Numbered from the stretch's first letter, positions 17,805 through 27,403 are shown. The stretch is 32,000 nucleotides of DNA from Acaryochloris marina S15 (GCF_018336915.1 NZ_CP064923.1:1950001-1982000), one strand, 5' to 3'. Translations and numbers: made by a program. The notes: generated from the sequence alone by a model not told the origin.

Positions 17805-19622
17805 ATGTTTAGTGCTCCTCAGCGTGCAGTGGCTGTCGCTTGTCTAACTTCAGTGATCGCTGTTGCTCCTGTTCCTACGCGCTCTGCCTTTGCTCAGTCC
17901 CAATTTACGGATGTTAGTAGCAATTGGGCTCAACCGTTTATCGATACCCTGGCTCAAAAAAATATTATTAGCGGTTTTCCCGATGGCTCCTTCCGACCTG
18001 ACCAGCCAGTGACACGGGCTCAGTTTGCTGCCATTGTCCGCCAAGCCTTTAAGTCTCCTGCGACTCGCCCCTCACGCCCTTTTAAGGATGTGAGCTATGG
18101 GTACTGGGCTTCACCCGCCATTGACTATGCTTATACCACTGGGTTCTTGTCGGGCTATACCAACGGCTCCTTCCAACCGGATCAGGAAATTCCTAAGGTA
18201 CAGGCTTTGGTGGCCATTGCCAGTGGATTAAAGATTCAACCCGTGGGGGGGGTGGATAGCACCTTGCTCCGTTTCTACGATGCAGCCCAAATTCCTAACT
18301 ATGCTAAACCGGGTGTTGCTGCGGCGACGCAACGCAATATTCCTGTTAATTATCCGAATGCAGCTAACTTAAACCCAAATCAACAAGCAACTCGGGCCGA
18401 TATTGCCGCCTTTATTTATCAAGCGTTAGTGAGTCAGGGACGCTTGGCACCGATTGGCAGCAACTTCCCCGCGTCGCAATATATTGTGCAGGGCGGATCT
18501 CTGCCTTCGACACCTACAGAATCTGGGACAGGCACCCTAGCCGTCGGCACTGAAATTCCCGTTGAGCTAGAGGGGGCAGACTCGGGTGCCAATCTAGTGA
18601 TGACCGTGGGCGAAAATGTGGAAACCACGTTTATTGTCGCCGAAGATGTGGTGAATACTAGTCAACAGGTTGTTATTCCAAAAGGCAGTAAGATTGTTGG
18701 TCGTTTCCAGCCCTTTGCCATCGATAAGACGACAGGAACTCAATTTACCGCCAACAAAATACTCATTGGCAATACGCCCTATACCGTCAATGCTTCTTCA
18801 GTCCCCATTGCGGCCCGTAAAAAGAGTTCTCTCAGCGTCGCTGACTTAACTGGAAGTATTTCCACCGTAGCGGCATCAGCTGCTTTAGACTTAGCAATTA
18901 GTGGTGAAGTTGGGGCAGGTAGTTTACTTCCGGGTGTGATTCAGACGGGACAAACCTTAGGTAAACAAGTTCTGGGTCAGTCTGACAACACGGACGAAGT
19001 CATTCTGGTCGAGCCCGATCTTATTGGCATGAAACTCAATGCTGATTTTGAGTTTTTACCCGGTTCAACCACAGCATTTGTAGATCCTAACTCTACCAAT
19101 CTCTATCTGGTTGATACTGGGACCAAGGTTGACCTGGCCTCCCAGACAGATAACGCCAGGTATATCATGGTTCCGGGTGAAACGGTTCCAGTTGAACTGA
19201 AAACGGGGAGATCTCTTTATAACAATCAAAATGAAGTTTTAGTGCCGGAAGGAAGTTTAGTCAGAGGCCAAATCATACCTATGACTGTCAATGGCAAAGA
19301 AGGTGCTCAATTTGTTGCCAATGAAATTGTGATTGGGACTCAAACTTATCCCATCACTGCTGCTTCGAAGGGGATTTCTCCATCCTCCTTAAATTCTTTA
19401 AGTCCAACTGATTTTCAGGGGAACGTGATTGCGTCTTCCGAGGCAAGTCAATCTCTTCGTGGTGTCAGTGCTTCTGGCGAAGAGCAGTCAAGTGGCGGCC
19501 TATTAGGGCTGGGGAGCCTGCTGGGCGGCAAAGGTTCGGGTAAATCAGTAATCCTGTTTAACCCAACATCTGTACAAATGGAGTTTCGTGCTCCCTTGAG
19601 TTTAAATAACTTCAATAACTAG
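17805..19622 (+). CDS. Secreted S-layer-homology (SLH) domain protein with a duplicated C-terminal beta-rich domain
   Basis: A signal peptide (…VAPVPTRSAFA-QSQ) is followed by three SLH repeats (FTDVSSNWAQPFI...GFPDGSFRPDQPVTRAQFAAIV; FKDVSYGYWASPAI...GYTNGSFQPDQEIPKVQ; FYDAAQIPNYAKPGV...ATRADIAAFIYQAL). Two homologous roughly 100-aa modules lie at about 18537-18840 and 19104-19410. Confidence 0.9.
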   Translation: MFSAPQRAVAVACLTSVIAVAPVPTRSAFAQSQFTDVSSNWAQPFIDTLAQKNIISGFPDGSFRPDQPVTRAQFAAIVRQAFKSPATRPSRPFKDVSYGYWASPAIDYAYTTGFLSGYTNGSFQPDQEIPKVQALVAIASGLKIQPVGGVDSTLLRFYDAAQIPNYAKPGVAAATQRNIPVNYPNAANLNPNQQATRADIAAFIYQALVSQGRLAPIGSNFPASQYIVQGGSLPSTPTESGTGTLAVGTEIPVELEGADSGANLVMTVGENVETTFIVAEDVVNTSQQVVIPKGSKIVGRFQPFAIDKTTGTQFTANKILIGNTPYTVNASSVPIAARKKSSLSVADLTGSISTVAASAALDLAISGEVGAGSLLPGVIQTGQTLGKQVLGQSDNTDEVILVEPDLIGMKLNADFEFLPGSTTAFVDPNSTNLYLVDTGTKVDLASQTDNARYIMVPGETVPVELKTGRSLYNNQNEVLVPEGSLVRGQIIPMTVNGKEGAQFVANEIVIGTQTYPITAASKGISPSSLNSLSPTDFQGNVIASSEASQSLRGVSASGEEQSSGGLLGLGSLLGGKGSGKSVILFNPTSVQMEFRAPLSLNNFNN

Positions 19623-19723
19623 AGTTAATTGGCTGCCCAATCTGCCTTTCGATAGGGGGCAATCCCTGTGGTGGCTTGGGCAGCTACCTTGTCAAGATTT
19701 TCATAATTGAACATTGAAGCTAT

Positions 19724-19773
19724 CAGGGCTGATCTGCATTATTTGTGATGTAGATCAGCCCTGAATTTCTTTT
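19724..19773 (+). terminator. Rho-independent terminator downstream of the SLH gene
   Basis: A 16-bp stem CAGGGCTGATCTGCAT / ATGTAGATCAGCCCTG (one G-U) with an 8-nt loop, followed by AATTTCTTTT. Confidence 0.75.
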
Positions 19774-19845
19774 GGGGAAAGGGTTCTAGTGTATTTAGAG
19801 TCAATATGAAAGGAGGCATTTATTCTTGCAGAATGTTAACTTATA

Positions 19846-19868
19846 TTATAAATTATAATTATTTATAA
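19846..19868 (+). promoter_or_regulatory. Candidate promoter/operator: perfect TATAAT flanked by an 8-bp inverted repeat
   Basis: TTATAAAT (19846-19853), then tataatt containing TATAAT at 19854-19859, then ATTTATAA (19861-19868). It lies about 130 nt upstream of the response-regulator start. No good -35 element is seen. Confidence 0.3.
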
Positions 19869-19992
19869 CCGGTTCTCCACTTTGTTCACCTAGTCAGCAT
19901 GTTTTTAAGCAACATCCATTGGAGTTGCTGACGTGTCGTTCGTTTTTGCGCTTATCAATTTGTTTTTAAAATAGTCTGGAGATTTAGGTCCC

Positions 19993-20742
19993 TTGGGTAG
20001 GCAACATAAAATTTTGATTGTTGACGACGAAGCAACGATTCGTCGTATTTTGGCAACCCGTCTATCGATGGTGGGATACGAAATTGTGGTTGCTGCTGAT
20101 GGGATTGAGGCACTAGAGCAATTTGAAGCTGAAAAACCTGATTTGATTGTTTTAGATGTGATGATGCCCAGAATGAATGGGCTGCAGGTTTGCCAGACTC
20201 TTCGCGAAACCACCGGCGTTCCTATTATTATGCTGACGGCTCTAGGGGAAGTGAGCGATCGCATCAAGGGATTGGAATTAGGTGCAGATGACTATTTACC
20301 CAAGCCTTTTTCTCCTAAGGAGCTAGAAAGTAGAATCCAGGCTATTTTACGGCGTACAGTTCCCGGTCAAGGCAAAGCAGGTGCAAGTCATGCTGCTGAG
20401 CAGGTGATTATGGAAATTGGTCCGTTGCGGATTGAAACCCATAAGCGACAGGTGTACTTACACGGCCAAAGAATTCAGCTAACTGGCATCGAATTTGATG
20501 TCCTCAAGCTATTGGTATCCAAAGCTGGACAGACCGTTTCTCGCTCAGATATTTTGCAGCAAGTGTGGGGCTATTCTGCCAACCACTATGCAGATTTACG
20601 GGTGGTAGATGTGAATGTGTCCCGGCTGCGTTCCAAGATCGGTGATAGCTCCAAACAACCCGAGTACATTCATACGGATTGGGGGATTGGCTATTTTTTT
20701 CAAAAAATGAGAAAAAAATCCCCTGAACAAGTGATGTGCTGA
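19993..20742 (+). CDS. OmpR-family response regulator, RpaB/Ycf27-like, TTG start
   Basis: The receiver domain KILIVDDEATIRRILATRLSMVGYEIVVAADG...DLIVLDVMMPRMNG...PIIMLTALGEVSDRIKGLELGADDYLPKPFSPKELESRI closely resembles RpaB as I recall it. A winged-helix output domain follows (RVVDVNVSRLRSKI...GIGYFF). An in-frame TAG at 19972-19974 leaves TTG 19993 as the only start, with GGAG 11 nt upstream. The C-terminus diverges from canonical RpaB, so no symbol is assigned. Confidence 0.9.
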   Translation: MGRQHKILIVDDEATIRRILATRLSMVGYEIVVAADGIEALEQFEAEKPDLIVLDVMMPRMNGLQVCQTLRETTGVPIIMLTALGEVSDRIKGLELGADDYLPKPFSPKELESRIQAILRRTVPGQGKAGASHAAEQVIMEIGPLRIETHKRQVYLHGQRIQLTGIEFDVLKLLVSKAGQTVSRSDILQQVWGYSANHYADLRVVDVNVSRLRSKIGDSSKQPEYIHTDWGIGYFFQKMRKKSPEQVMC

Positions 20743-21063
20743 TAGATTTAGTTAATTCTGTTGCTCCGTTGTATCGATAGTGGTGTGACGGAATTTTTTC
20801 TGTATACCTAAAAACAGTTTTCAAGGCGGTTAGTTCTTTTTCTGAAAATGAACTATGGTTCGAATTTTTGCCTCTAGATATTGGCTTGAAGGCCATGATA
20901 GGCCTTGGCTATACTGGGTAAACTTGCTTAAAACAGGAAGGGCCGATTTTGAATTGACTCAAAAATATTGAGCTTAACTGCAAAGTTTTCTGAGAATAGA
21001 CAACGGTTTGTTATCCTAGGCAAAATTTACCAAAGAAAAATTCGGAGTTAAGGAATTGCAACT

Positions 21064-21501
21064 ATGACGCTGAGAGATCAAGTCCAAGACGAAGAAGCTC
21101 AGGCTAGTATTGCTGCCGATTGTGCTCAACTCATGGATCAGCAAGTCGCAGCCAAAAAGGGAATGTCTGGCCTAGCCATTAAGACTGCTTATAAAGCATT
21201 AAAAGGAATTGGACCAGGGTATATTCCTCGAGCCCTGAAAAGCTTAGTGCCTCAAGCTTTAGACGCGCTTGATCCAATGTGGGCTGCAGGACTACAATCT
21301 GGAGATCCGGTGGGGCACTTGAGTCAAAACTCTGCTGAGACTGCAGATGTATTGCTAGGCGTGACGGATCACAAGTTGAGTGTGGCTAAGAATAAGATTG
21401 TCATTGCGACCTATAAAAAAGTTCGAAAATCGGTGAAAGGTGATGTGGAAGCAGCCGTTCCTGGGTTGGCCGAAATTCTAGGCAATTACGCCCATAATTA
21501 G
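21064..21501 (+). CDS. Hypothetical protein (145 aa, soluble, helical)
   Basis: Clean ORF with ATG and coding-like composition. I can name no family with confidence. Confidence 0.55.
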   Translation: MTLRDQVQDEEAQASIAADCAQLMDQQVAAKKGMSGLAIKTAYKALKGIGPGYIPRALKSLVPQALDALDPMWAAGLQSGDPVGHLSQNSAETADVLLGVTDHKLSVAKNKIVIATYKKVRKSVKGDVEAAVPGLAEILGNYAHN

Positions 21502-21525
21502 GTCGGTCGCTTTTGTGGCTCCATA

Positions 21526-21557
21526 TCATACCTATTTAATGACTTCATACCTATTTA
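21526..21557 (+). promoter_or_regulatory. 13-nt direct repeat TCATACCTATTTA x2 (19-nt period) upstream of the permease gene
   Basis: Exact copies lie at 21526-21538 and 21545-21557. This could be a binding site for a direct-repeat-recognising regulator. Confidence 0.3.
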
Positions 21558-21613
21558 TTCAAGACGGTGAGCAGACAGATACATCTGCTTTATTAGGTGC
21601 TTAGCCCTTTATG

Positions 21614-21640
21614 TTATCCAACCCAGCATGGGTTGGATAA
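21614..21640 (+). promoter_or_regulatory. Perfect 11-bp stem-loop ending 6 nt before the permease start codon
   Basis: TTATCCAACCC-agcat-GGGTTGGATAA, with ATG at 21647. No T-run follows, so it is not a classic terminator. Confidence 0.4.
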
Positions 21641-21646
21641 ACCCAA

Positions 21647-23317
21647 ATGATATTTCTATACTCGTTGGTCGCGTTGATTCCCATTGCAACAGTATTCTTG
21701 CTGTTAGTGGTTGCTCGACGACCTGCGAGTCAAGCCATGCCCTTGTCTTATCTGGTGACGGTTGGTGTTGCTTTGGGAGTTTGGCGAGTTCCTGGAGTGG
21801 AAGTTGCCGCGTCTAGTATTCAGGGATTGGTGGCAGCGGCAGAGATTTTATATATCGTTTTCGGTGCGATTTTGTTGCTCAATACCCTGCAAGAATCGGG
21901 TGCGATCGCAACCATTCGCCAAAGTCTATTAGGGATCTCCCGAGATCCCAGGGTGCAGGTGATTGTCATTGCCTGGCTGTTTGGCAGTTTTATTGAAGGG
22001 GCTTCCGGGTTTGGCACTCCTGCCGTGATTACCGTGCCGCTATTGGTTGCCATTGGCTTTCCGGCGATGGCAGCCGTGGTGGCTGCGTTAATTATTCAGA
22101 GTACGCCTTCGACCTTTGGCGCCGTGGGGACGCCGATCATTATTGGTATTGATGCGGGCTTAGACGGTGTGCCTGCGGTCAATCAACAGCTGGTTGATTT
22201 AGGGTTAACTCAACCCGAGTATCTGACCTTAATTGGGCAATGGGCGGGTGTGATTCATGGCGTGGTCGGCACTTTTCTGCCCCTTGTTTTAGTGATGGTG
22301 CTAACAGCCGGATTTGGAGAGGGTCGCTCTGTTCTAGATGGCTTAAGGGCCTGGAAGTTTGCCTTATTCGCAGGACTCGCGTTTACCGTTCCCTATACCC
22401 TAACGGCTTACTTTCTAGGACCGGAATTTCCCACCTTGATCGGGGGGTTAGTTGGCTTGGGGATTGTGATTCCCGCTGCTCGGAGGGGGCTGTTTACCCC
22501 TAAAACCCTTTGGGATTTTCCCCGCGATTCAGAGGCTGTGTCCTTGTCTAACACCCTACCCAAAAGCATGCTGACTGCTCGCCAAGCTTGGTTGCCTTAT
22601 GGGTTACTGGGGTTGTTTTTGCTACTGTCGCGTCTGGAGTTTTTGCCCATTCGCAGGGGGCTGCAGTCTCTGTCCTTAACCTGGACCCATATTTTGGGGA
22701 CAGAAGTCAGTGCTGCGACCCGGCCTCTCTACCTTCCCCCGACGGTCTTTATCCTGGTGGTAATGATCACTTTTTTCCTGCATCGGATGTCTATGCAATC
22801 AATGCAGCGGGCTGTGATGCGAACTCTACCGATCTTGCAAAAGACGGCTTTGGCTCTGGGTTCAGCAGTTCTAATGGCGCGAGTGTTTATCAATACAGGT
22901 ATCAATTCTGCTGGTCTAGCGAGTATGCCCCTGGCCCTAGCGGACGGTATGGCAACCCTTGCCGGACAATCCTGGCCGTTTTTCGCCCCGATGGTGGGGA
23001 TGGTGGGTTCCTTTGTGGCCGGGAGCGTCACCGTTAGCAATATGATGTTTGCGCTGTTTCAATTTGGGGTTGCATCCCAAATTGATGTATCTACGGCGAT
23101 CATCCTAGGGCTGCAGTGTGTAGGAGCCTCCGCTGGCAATATGATCTGTGTATCCAATATTGTCACGGCTGAAGCGACCGTTGGTCTGGCAGGATGTGAA
23201 GGACTGCTGATTCGAAAAGTCTTTTTTCCGACGCTGTACTATTTGATTTTTGCGGGTATTTTAGGTGGACTAATTGTTCTGCTATCTCCCCTAGTAAGTG
23301 CTGTTATGGGCATTTAG
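21647..23317 (+). CDS. L-lactate/glycolate permease (LctP family)
   Basis: 556 aa and polytopic, with the conserved [14 protein letters not shown] motif and overall LctP-like organisation. Confidence 0.85.
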   Translation: MIFLYSLVALIPIATVFLLLVVARRPASQAMPLSYLVTVGVALGVWRVPGVEVAASSIQGLVAAAEILYIVFGAILLLNTLQESGAIATIRQSLLGISRDPRVQVIVIAWLFGSFIEGASGFGTPAVITVPLLVAIGFPAMAAVVAALIIQSTPSTFGAVGTPIIIGIDAGLDGVPAVNQQLVDLGLTQPEYLTLIGQWAGVIHGVVGTFLPLVLVMVLTAGFGEGRSVLDGLRAWKFALFAGLAFTVPYTLTAYFLGPEFPTLIGGLVGLGIVIPAARRGLFTPKTLWDFPRDSEAVSLSNTLPKSMLTARQAWLPYGLLGLFLLLSRLEFLPIRRGLQSLSLTWTHILGTEVSAATRPLYLPPTVFILVVMITFFLHRMSMQSMQRAVMRTLPILQKTALALGSAVLMARVFINTGINSAGLASMPLALADGMATLAGQSWPFFAPMVGMVGSFVAGSVTVSNMMFALFQFGVASQIDVSTAIILGLQCVGASAGNMICVSNIVTAEATVGLAGCEGLLIRKVFFPTLYYLIFAGILGGLIVLLSPLVSAVMGI

Positions 23318-23374
23318 TGAAGTGGGCTGCACTCGATTGAACAAACAATAATCAAAACTAGTCATCACCCACTG

Positions 23375-24553
23375 CTAGGGAGTTTTTTGGTCTGTCAATA
23401 TCTGTATGAATAGACCGAAGTAATTTTGACAAATTTGATAATAAGAATCTGAAGAACGGACCCGATTTAGATTCTTTGTTTGAGTGAGAACTGTAGGTGT
23501 TAATTTTGCCTGCCTAAAATCAGTACATCCTAAATCCGCTTGGCTAAAACTCGCATCTGTTAAGTCAGCCTTTCGGAAAGAGGTACCACCCATACAAGCG
23601 ATCGCAACTGCAAGAGATTCAATAGGGGAATCTTTGTATTGTATGGATAGGAATCCCCTTGTCATATAAATACTAAGAGTAATTACTGTTAATGGAAGAA
23701 GTAGTGAAAACAAACTTGCATTATCAATGGCAGTAAATGCTATGGCAATACCTATGCAACTACTTAAAATAGCGGTTGCAATGCCAATGTCATCTTGAAG
23801 GATATAAGAAAAAAAGAACGGCATGCCCATACAAAAAATTATCCATGTAATGGCAGTAGAGATTAAAAATGATATCCAAAAGCTGTTAAAAAAATAAATA
23901 CAACCTAAGATGAATTTGTCAGGATTCTTGGTAAACAGTTCAAAAAAAGTAGGGAGGAGCAAGAAAGCATACAAAAACATCGACTCATGCAGTCTTTGAT
24001 GGTATGTCTTCAAGGACTTGAATTTAATGAACGCGAAGAAAATACAAAAGCTGAGAATAGTGCTTGACAAAAGAATGATGATCGAGATTTTATTTGTCTC
24101 TTGATCTACTACTGGCAAGAAAATATAGACAAAGATAAAAACATTGATAAAAATAGATAAAGATGAAATAAAGCTAAAAAGAAATGTTTTAAATCCTTTC
24201 TGAATTTCGAATATCCAAAGAGTGATTAGGATGATATAAATTACTAGGCAATACCCAAAAGAATTAGTGAAAACTAAAGCACTAATTCCTTCTGCTAATA
24301 GGCCACTTAAGCCTGTTAATAAGTATGCAGTGATACCGAAGATATGAAGCCAGTTATTTTGCAAGCCAGCTTTTGCTAGTCTGAAACTTGAACCTTTAAG
24401 GCATGCCTGGCTGAAGTCTGTACCCCGAATATCTGCACCACAAAAGTTCGCATCTGATAAATTCTGGCCTTTAAGCGATTCTCCGTGCAAATTAATGTCT
24501 TGGAAATCTCGTTCTCCAGCCTTATAGAGCTGTAATAGTTTTTTGGCTTTCAT
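23375..24553 (-). CDS. Pentapeptide-repeat membrane protein (pentapeptide N-domain, about 8 TM segments, pentapeptide C-domain)
   Basis: N-terminus LLQLYKAGERDFQDINLHGESLKGQNLSDANFCGADIRGTDFSQACLKGSSF. C-terminus GTSFRKADLTDASFSQADLGCTDFRQAKL. The central region is rich in Phe, Ile and Leu. The DNA is visibly AT-richer than its neighbours. Confidence 0.8.
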   Translation of the reverse strand: MKAKKLLQLYKAGERDFQDINLHGESLKGQNLSDANFCGADIRGTDFSQACLKGSSFRLAKAGLQNNWLHIFGITAYLLTGLSGLLAEGISALVFTNSFGYCLVIYIILITLWIFEIQKGFKTFLFSFISSLSIFINVFIFVYIFLPVVDQETNKISIIILLSSTILSFCIFFAFIKFKSLKTYHQRLHESMFLYAFLLLPTFFELFTKNPDKFILGCIYFFNSFWISFLISTAITWIIFCMGMPFFFSYILQDDIGIATAILSSCIGIAIAFTAIDNASLFSLLLPLTVITLSIYMTRGFLSIQYKDSPIESLAVAIACMGGTSFRKADLTDASFSQADLGCTDFRQAKLTPTVLTQTKNLNRVRSSDSYYQICQNYFGLFIQILTDQKTP

Positions 24554-24774
24554 ATTCTTAGAGGTTTTATATTAGCTCTATCTTTATTTTGATTGATATT
24601 GAGCCAATTACCGTCGATTTTTCTGTTGGTTTAATTTTTGTTGATGCTTAGAACGTTGGTTTTTTCTGGACTAAACTCTGTTGAGTCTTTGGATTGAATA
24701 GCCGTATCTGTTGTCATAAACCTTACTCAAAGGTCTTTGTTCCCAAAACCTTATCTTCCATAAGCAGTCTTAAT

Positions 24775-26016
<1,242 letters not shown>

Positions 26017-26114
26017 CTACTGTGAAAACTGCTTGTAACTATTGCTTATAAAAAGCCATTTCCACTTGTACAAGGGTCAGCTTAAATTACGGTTAATGAG
26101 GTGAAAGTCCGGTA

Positions 26115-26154
26115 CAGTCTTAGTGCCAGGACCAGGATCTCACTAAGCCGACTG
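26115..26154. promoter_or_regulatory. Bulged hairpin in the chrA/mutarotase divergent intergenic region
   Basis: CAGTC-TTAGTG [loop CCAGGACCAGGATCT] CACTAA-gcc-GACTG. The loop CCAGGA repeats are complementary to a downstream TCCTG at 26168-26172. Confidence 0.25.
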
Positions 26155-26159
26155 GTGAG

Positions 26160-26175
26160 CCTGACAATCCTGACA
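26160..26175. repeat. Tandem direct heptamer CCTGACA-at-CCTGACA
   Basis: Copies at 26160-26166 and 26169-26175, about 40 nt upstream of the mutarotase ATG. Confidence 0.4.
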
Positions 26176-26213
26176 TTCCCTATATTTTTTAGCAACTTCG
26201 ACAGCATTCCCCT

Positions 26214-27119
26214 ATGAATATTGAGCAGCTCAATTCGGACTATGGTATTGCCGATCAACTTCAGTTCAGCCTTGGCAAGGGCGATCTTCCCGTCATTCAG
26301 ATTAATAACGCCCATGCCCAAGCGGTGATCTCTATCTATGCTGGGCAAGTCTTATCCTACAAACCTGCTTCTGCCCCTGAAGACTTGATGTTTCTCAGCG
26401 AGAAAGCCTATTACCAGGCGGGCAAAGCCATTAAAGGAGGAGCCCCTATCTGTTGGCCTTGGTTTGGCCCTGACCCTGAGGGCTTAGGGCGAGCCAGTCA
26501 TGGATTTGTGCGCAATCGGTTGTGGGCTGTGAAATCCACGTCTACCACGCCCAATCAAGAGACCAAGGTCAAACTGGGATTAGTAGATACCCCTGAAACC
26601 CGAGAGATTTGGCCCCAATCCTTCGAGCTATCCATTGAATTTACGGTAGGTTCCACCCTCACCATTGAACTGGTGACTCGCAATACAGGTGATCAGCCGT
26701 TTTCGATTACTCAGGCCCTTCATACCTATTTTCAAGTGGGAGATATTGCGCCCCTCAGTATTAAAGGTCTGGAGGATAAGGCCTACATTGATAAAGTCGA
26801 TGGGGGACTGCAAAAACAGCAAGCTGGCCAGATTACGATCGCTGAAGAGGTGGATCGGATTTATTTAGGGGTTTCCTCAGACTTAGCGATTGCAGATCCA
26901 GCTCTTAACCGCCGCATCGAAATTACGGCTTCAGGGAGTCAAACGGCTGTGGTTTGGAATCCTTGGGTGGATAATGCTGCCAAGATGGCTGACTTACAGG
27001 ATGATGATTATCAAAAATTTGTCTGTGTAGAGACCGCAAATGCAGCGAATGAGGTGATTGAGATTCAGCCGGGGACTGCCAACAGCCTATCTGCAGACTA
27101 TCGAATCGTCCAAGTTTAA
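26214..27119 (+). CDS. D-hexose-6-phosphate mutarotase (aldose 1-epimerase family, YeaD-like)
   Basis: KGGAPICWPWFGP...HGFVRN..W...ALHTYF...VVWNPW are characteristic of glucose-6-phosphate 1-epimerases. Confidence 0.85.
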   Translation: MNIEQLNSDYGIADQLQFSLGKGDLPVIQINNAHAQAVISIYAGQVLSYKPASAPEDLMFLSEKAYYQAGKAIKGGAPICWPWFGPDPEGLGRASHGFVRNRLWAVKSTSTTPNQETKVKLGLVDTPETREIWPQSFELSIEFTVGSTLTIELVTRNTGDQPFSITQALHTYFQVGDIAPLSIKGLEDKAYIDKVDGGLQKQQAGQITIAEEVDRIYLGVSSDLAIADPALNRRIEITASGSQTAVVWNPWVDNAAKMADLQDDDYQKFVCVETANAANEVIEIQPGTANSLSADYRIVQV

Positions 27120-27146
27120 CGGATTGAGGATAGCGCTAAAACTTGA

Positions 27147-27178
27147 GGAAGTGTGAATGAGATCGCATTCACACTTCC
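27147..27178. terminator. Perfect 13-bp hairpin between convergent genes (possible bidirectional terminator)
   Basis: GGAAGTGTGAATG-agatcg-CATTCACACTTCC. There is only a weak U-run on the minus strand (gtttta) and none on the plus strand. Confidence 0.5.
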
Positions 27179-27196
27179 CCTGCTGATGTCATGGAT

Positions 27197-27403
27197 TTAA
27201 AGGGAATCTTCCAAAATGCGATGCTCTGGAGGGATCTTTTCAATGGCAGCTCTTTGCCGGGCATCCTTTTCCTCCTTCTGCTTGGCTTTAATTCGTGCTT
27301 TAGCCGCTTTTGCCCGCATCTTGTGGGCATCGTCATTGTAATTCTTACGAATATTCTCAGTATCTCGGGCAGGCGAAACAGAGTATTTATCTTGATCTGA
27401 CAT
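27197..27403 (-). CDS. Small basic Lys/Ala-rich protein (68 aa), hypothetical
   Basis: MSDQDKYSVSPARDTENIRKNYNDDAHKMRAKAAKARIKAKQKEEKDARQRAAIEKIPPEHRILEDSL. The 36-aa N-terminal extension in the track ORF (to 27511) looks non-coding, so I place the start at ATG 27403. Confidence 0.45.
   Translation of the reverse strand: MSDQDKYSVSPARDTENIRKNYNDDAHKMRAKAAKARIKAKQKEEKDARQRAAIEKIPPEHRILEDSL

Noticed and set aside
19806-19868. 20-aa mini-ORF (MKGGIYSCRMLTYIINYNYL) with an AAAGGAGG motif inside it, upstream of the response regulator
   Set aside because: The AT-rich low-complexity sequence generates such ORFs by chance. The Shine-Dalgarno-like motif lies after the first ATG and is poorly spaced to the second. 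There is no support for a leader peptide.
20504-20896. 130-aa minus-strand ORF
   Set aside because: It overlaps the 3' 240 nt of the well-supported response regulator gene in antisense, and its sequence is not protein-like.
22588-23037. 149-aa alternative-frame ORF, plus the antisense 22729-23040 ORF, inside the permease gene
   Set aside because: The Gly/Ser/Pro-rich sequence looks non-genuine, and the LctP frame is unambiguous.
26090-26125. GGTTAATGAGGTGAAAGTCCGGTACAGTC resembles the GGTG.AA..CC core of cobalamin riboswitches and the GAGGAAAGTCCGG (CR-I) of RNase P RNA
   Set aside because: The other obligatory cobalamin elements are not present: the AGGGAA upstream, CCCGC.ACTGT and a proper B12 box. 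The spacer is far too short for RNase P RNA. The neighbouring genes (chrA, hexose-6-P mutarotase) are not B12-related. I kept it only as an unclassified structured region.
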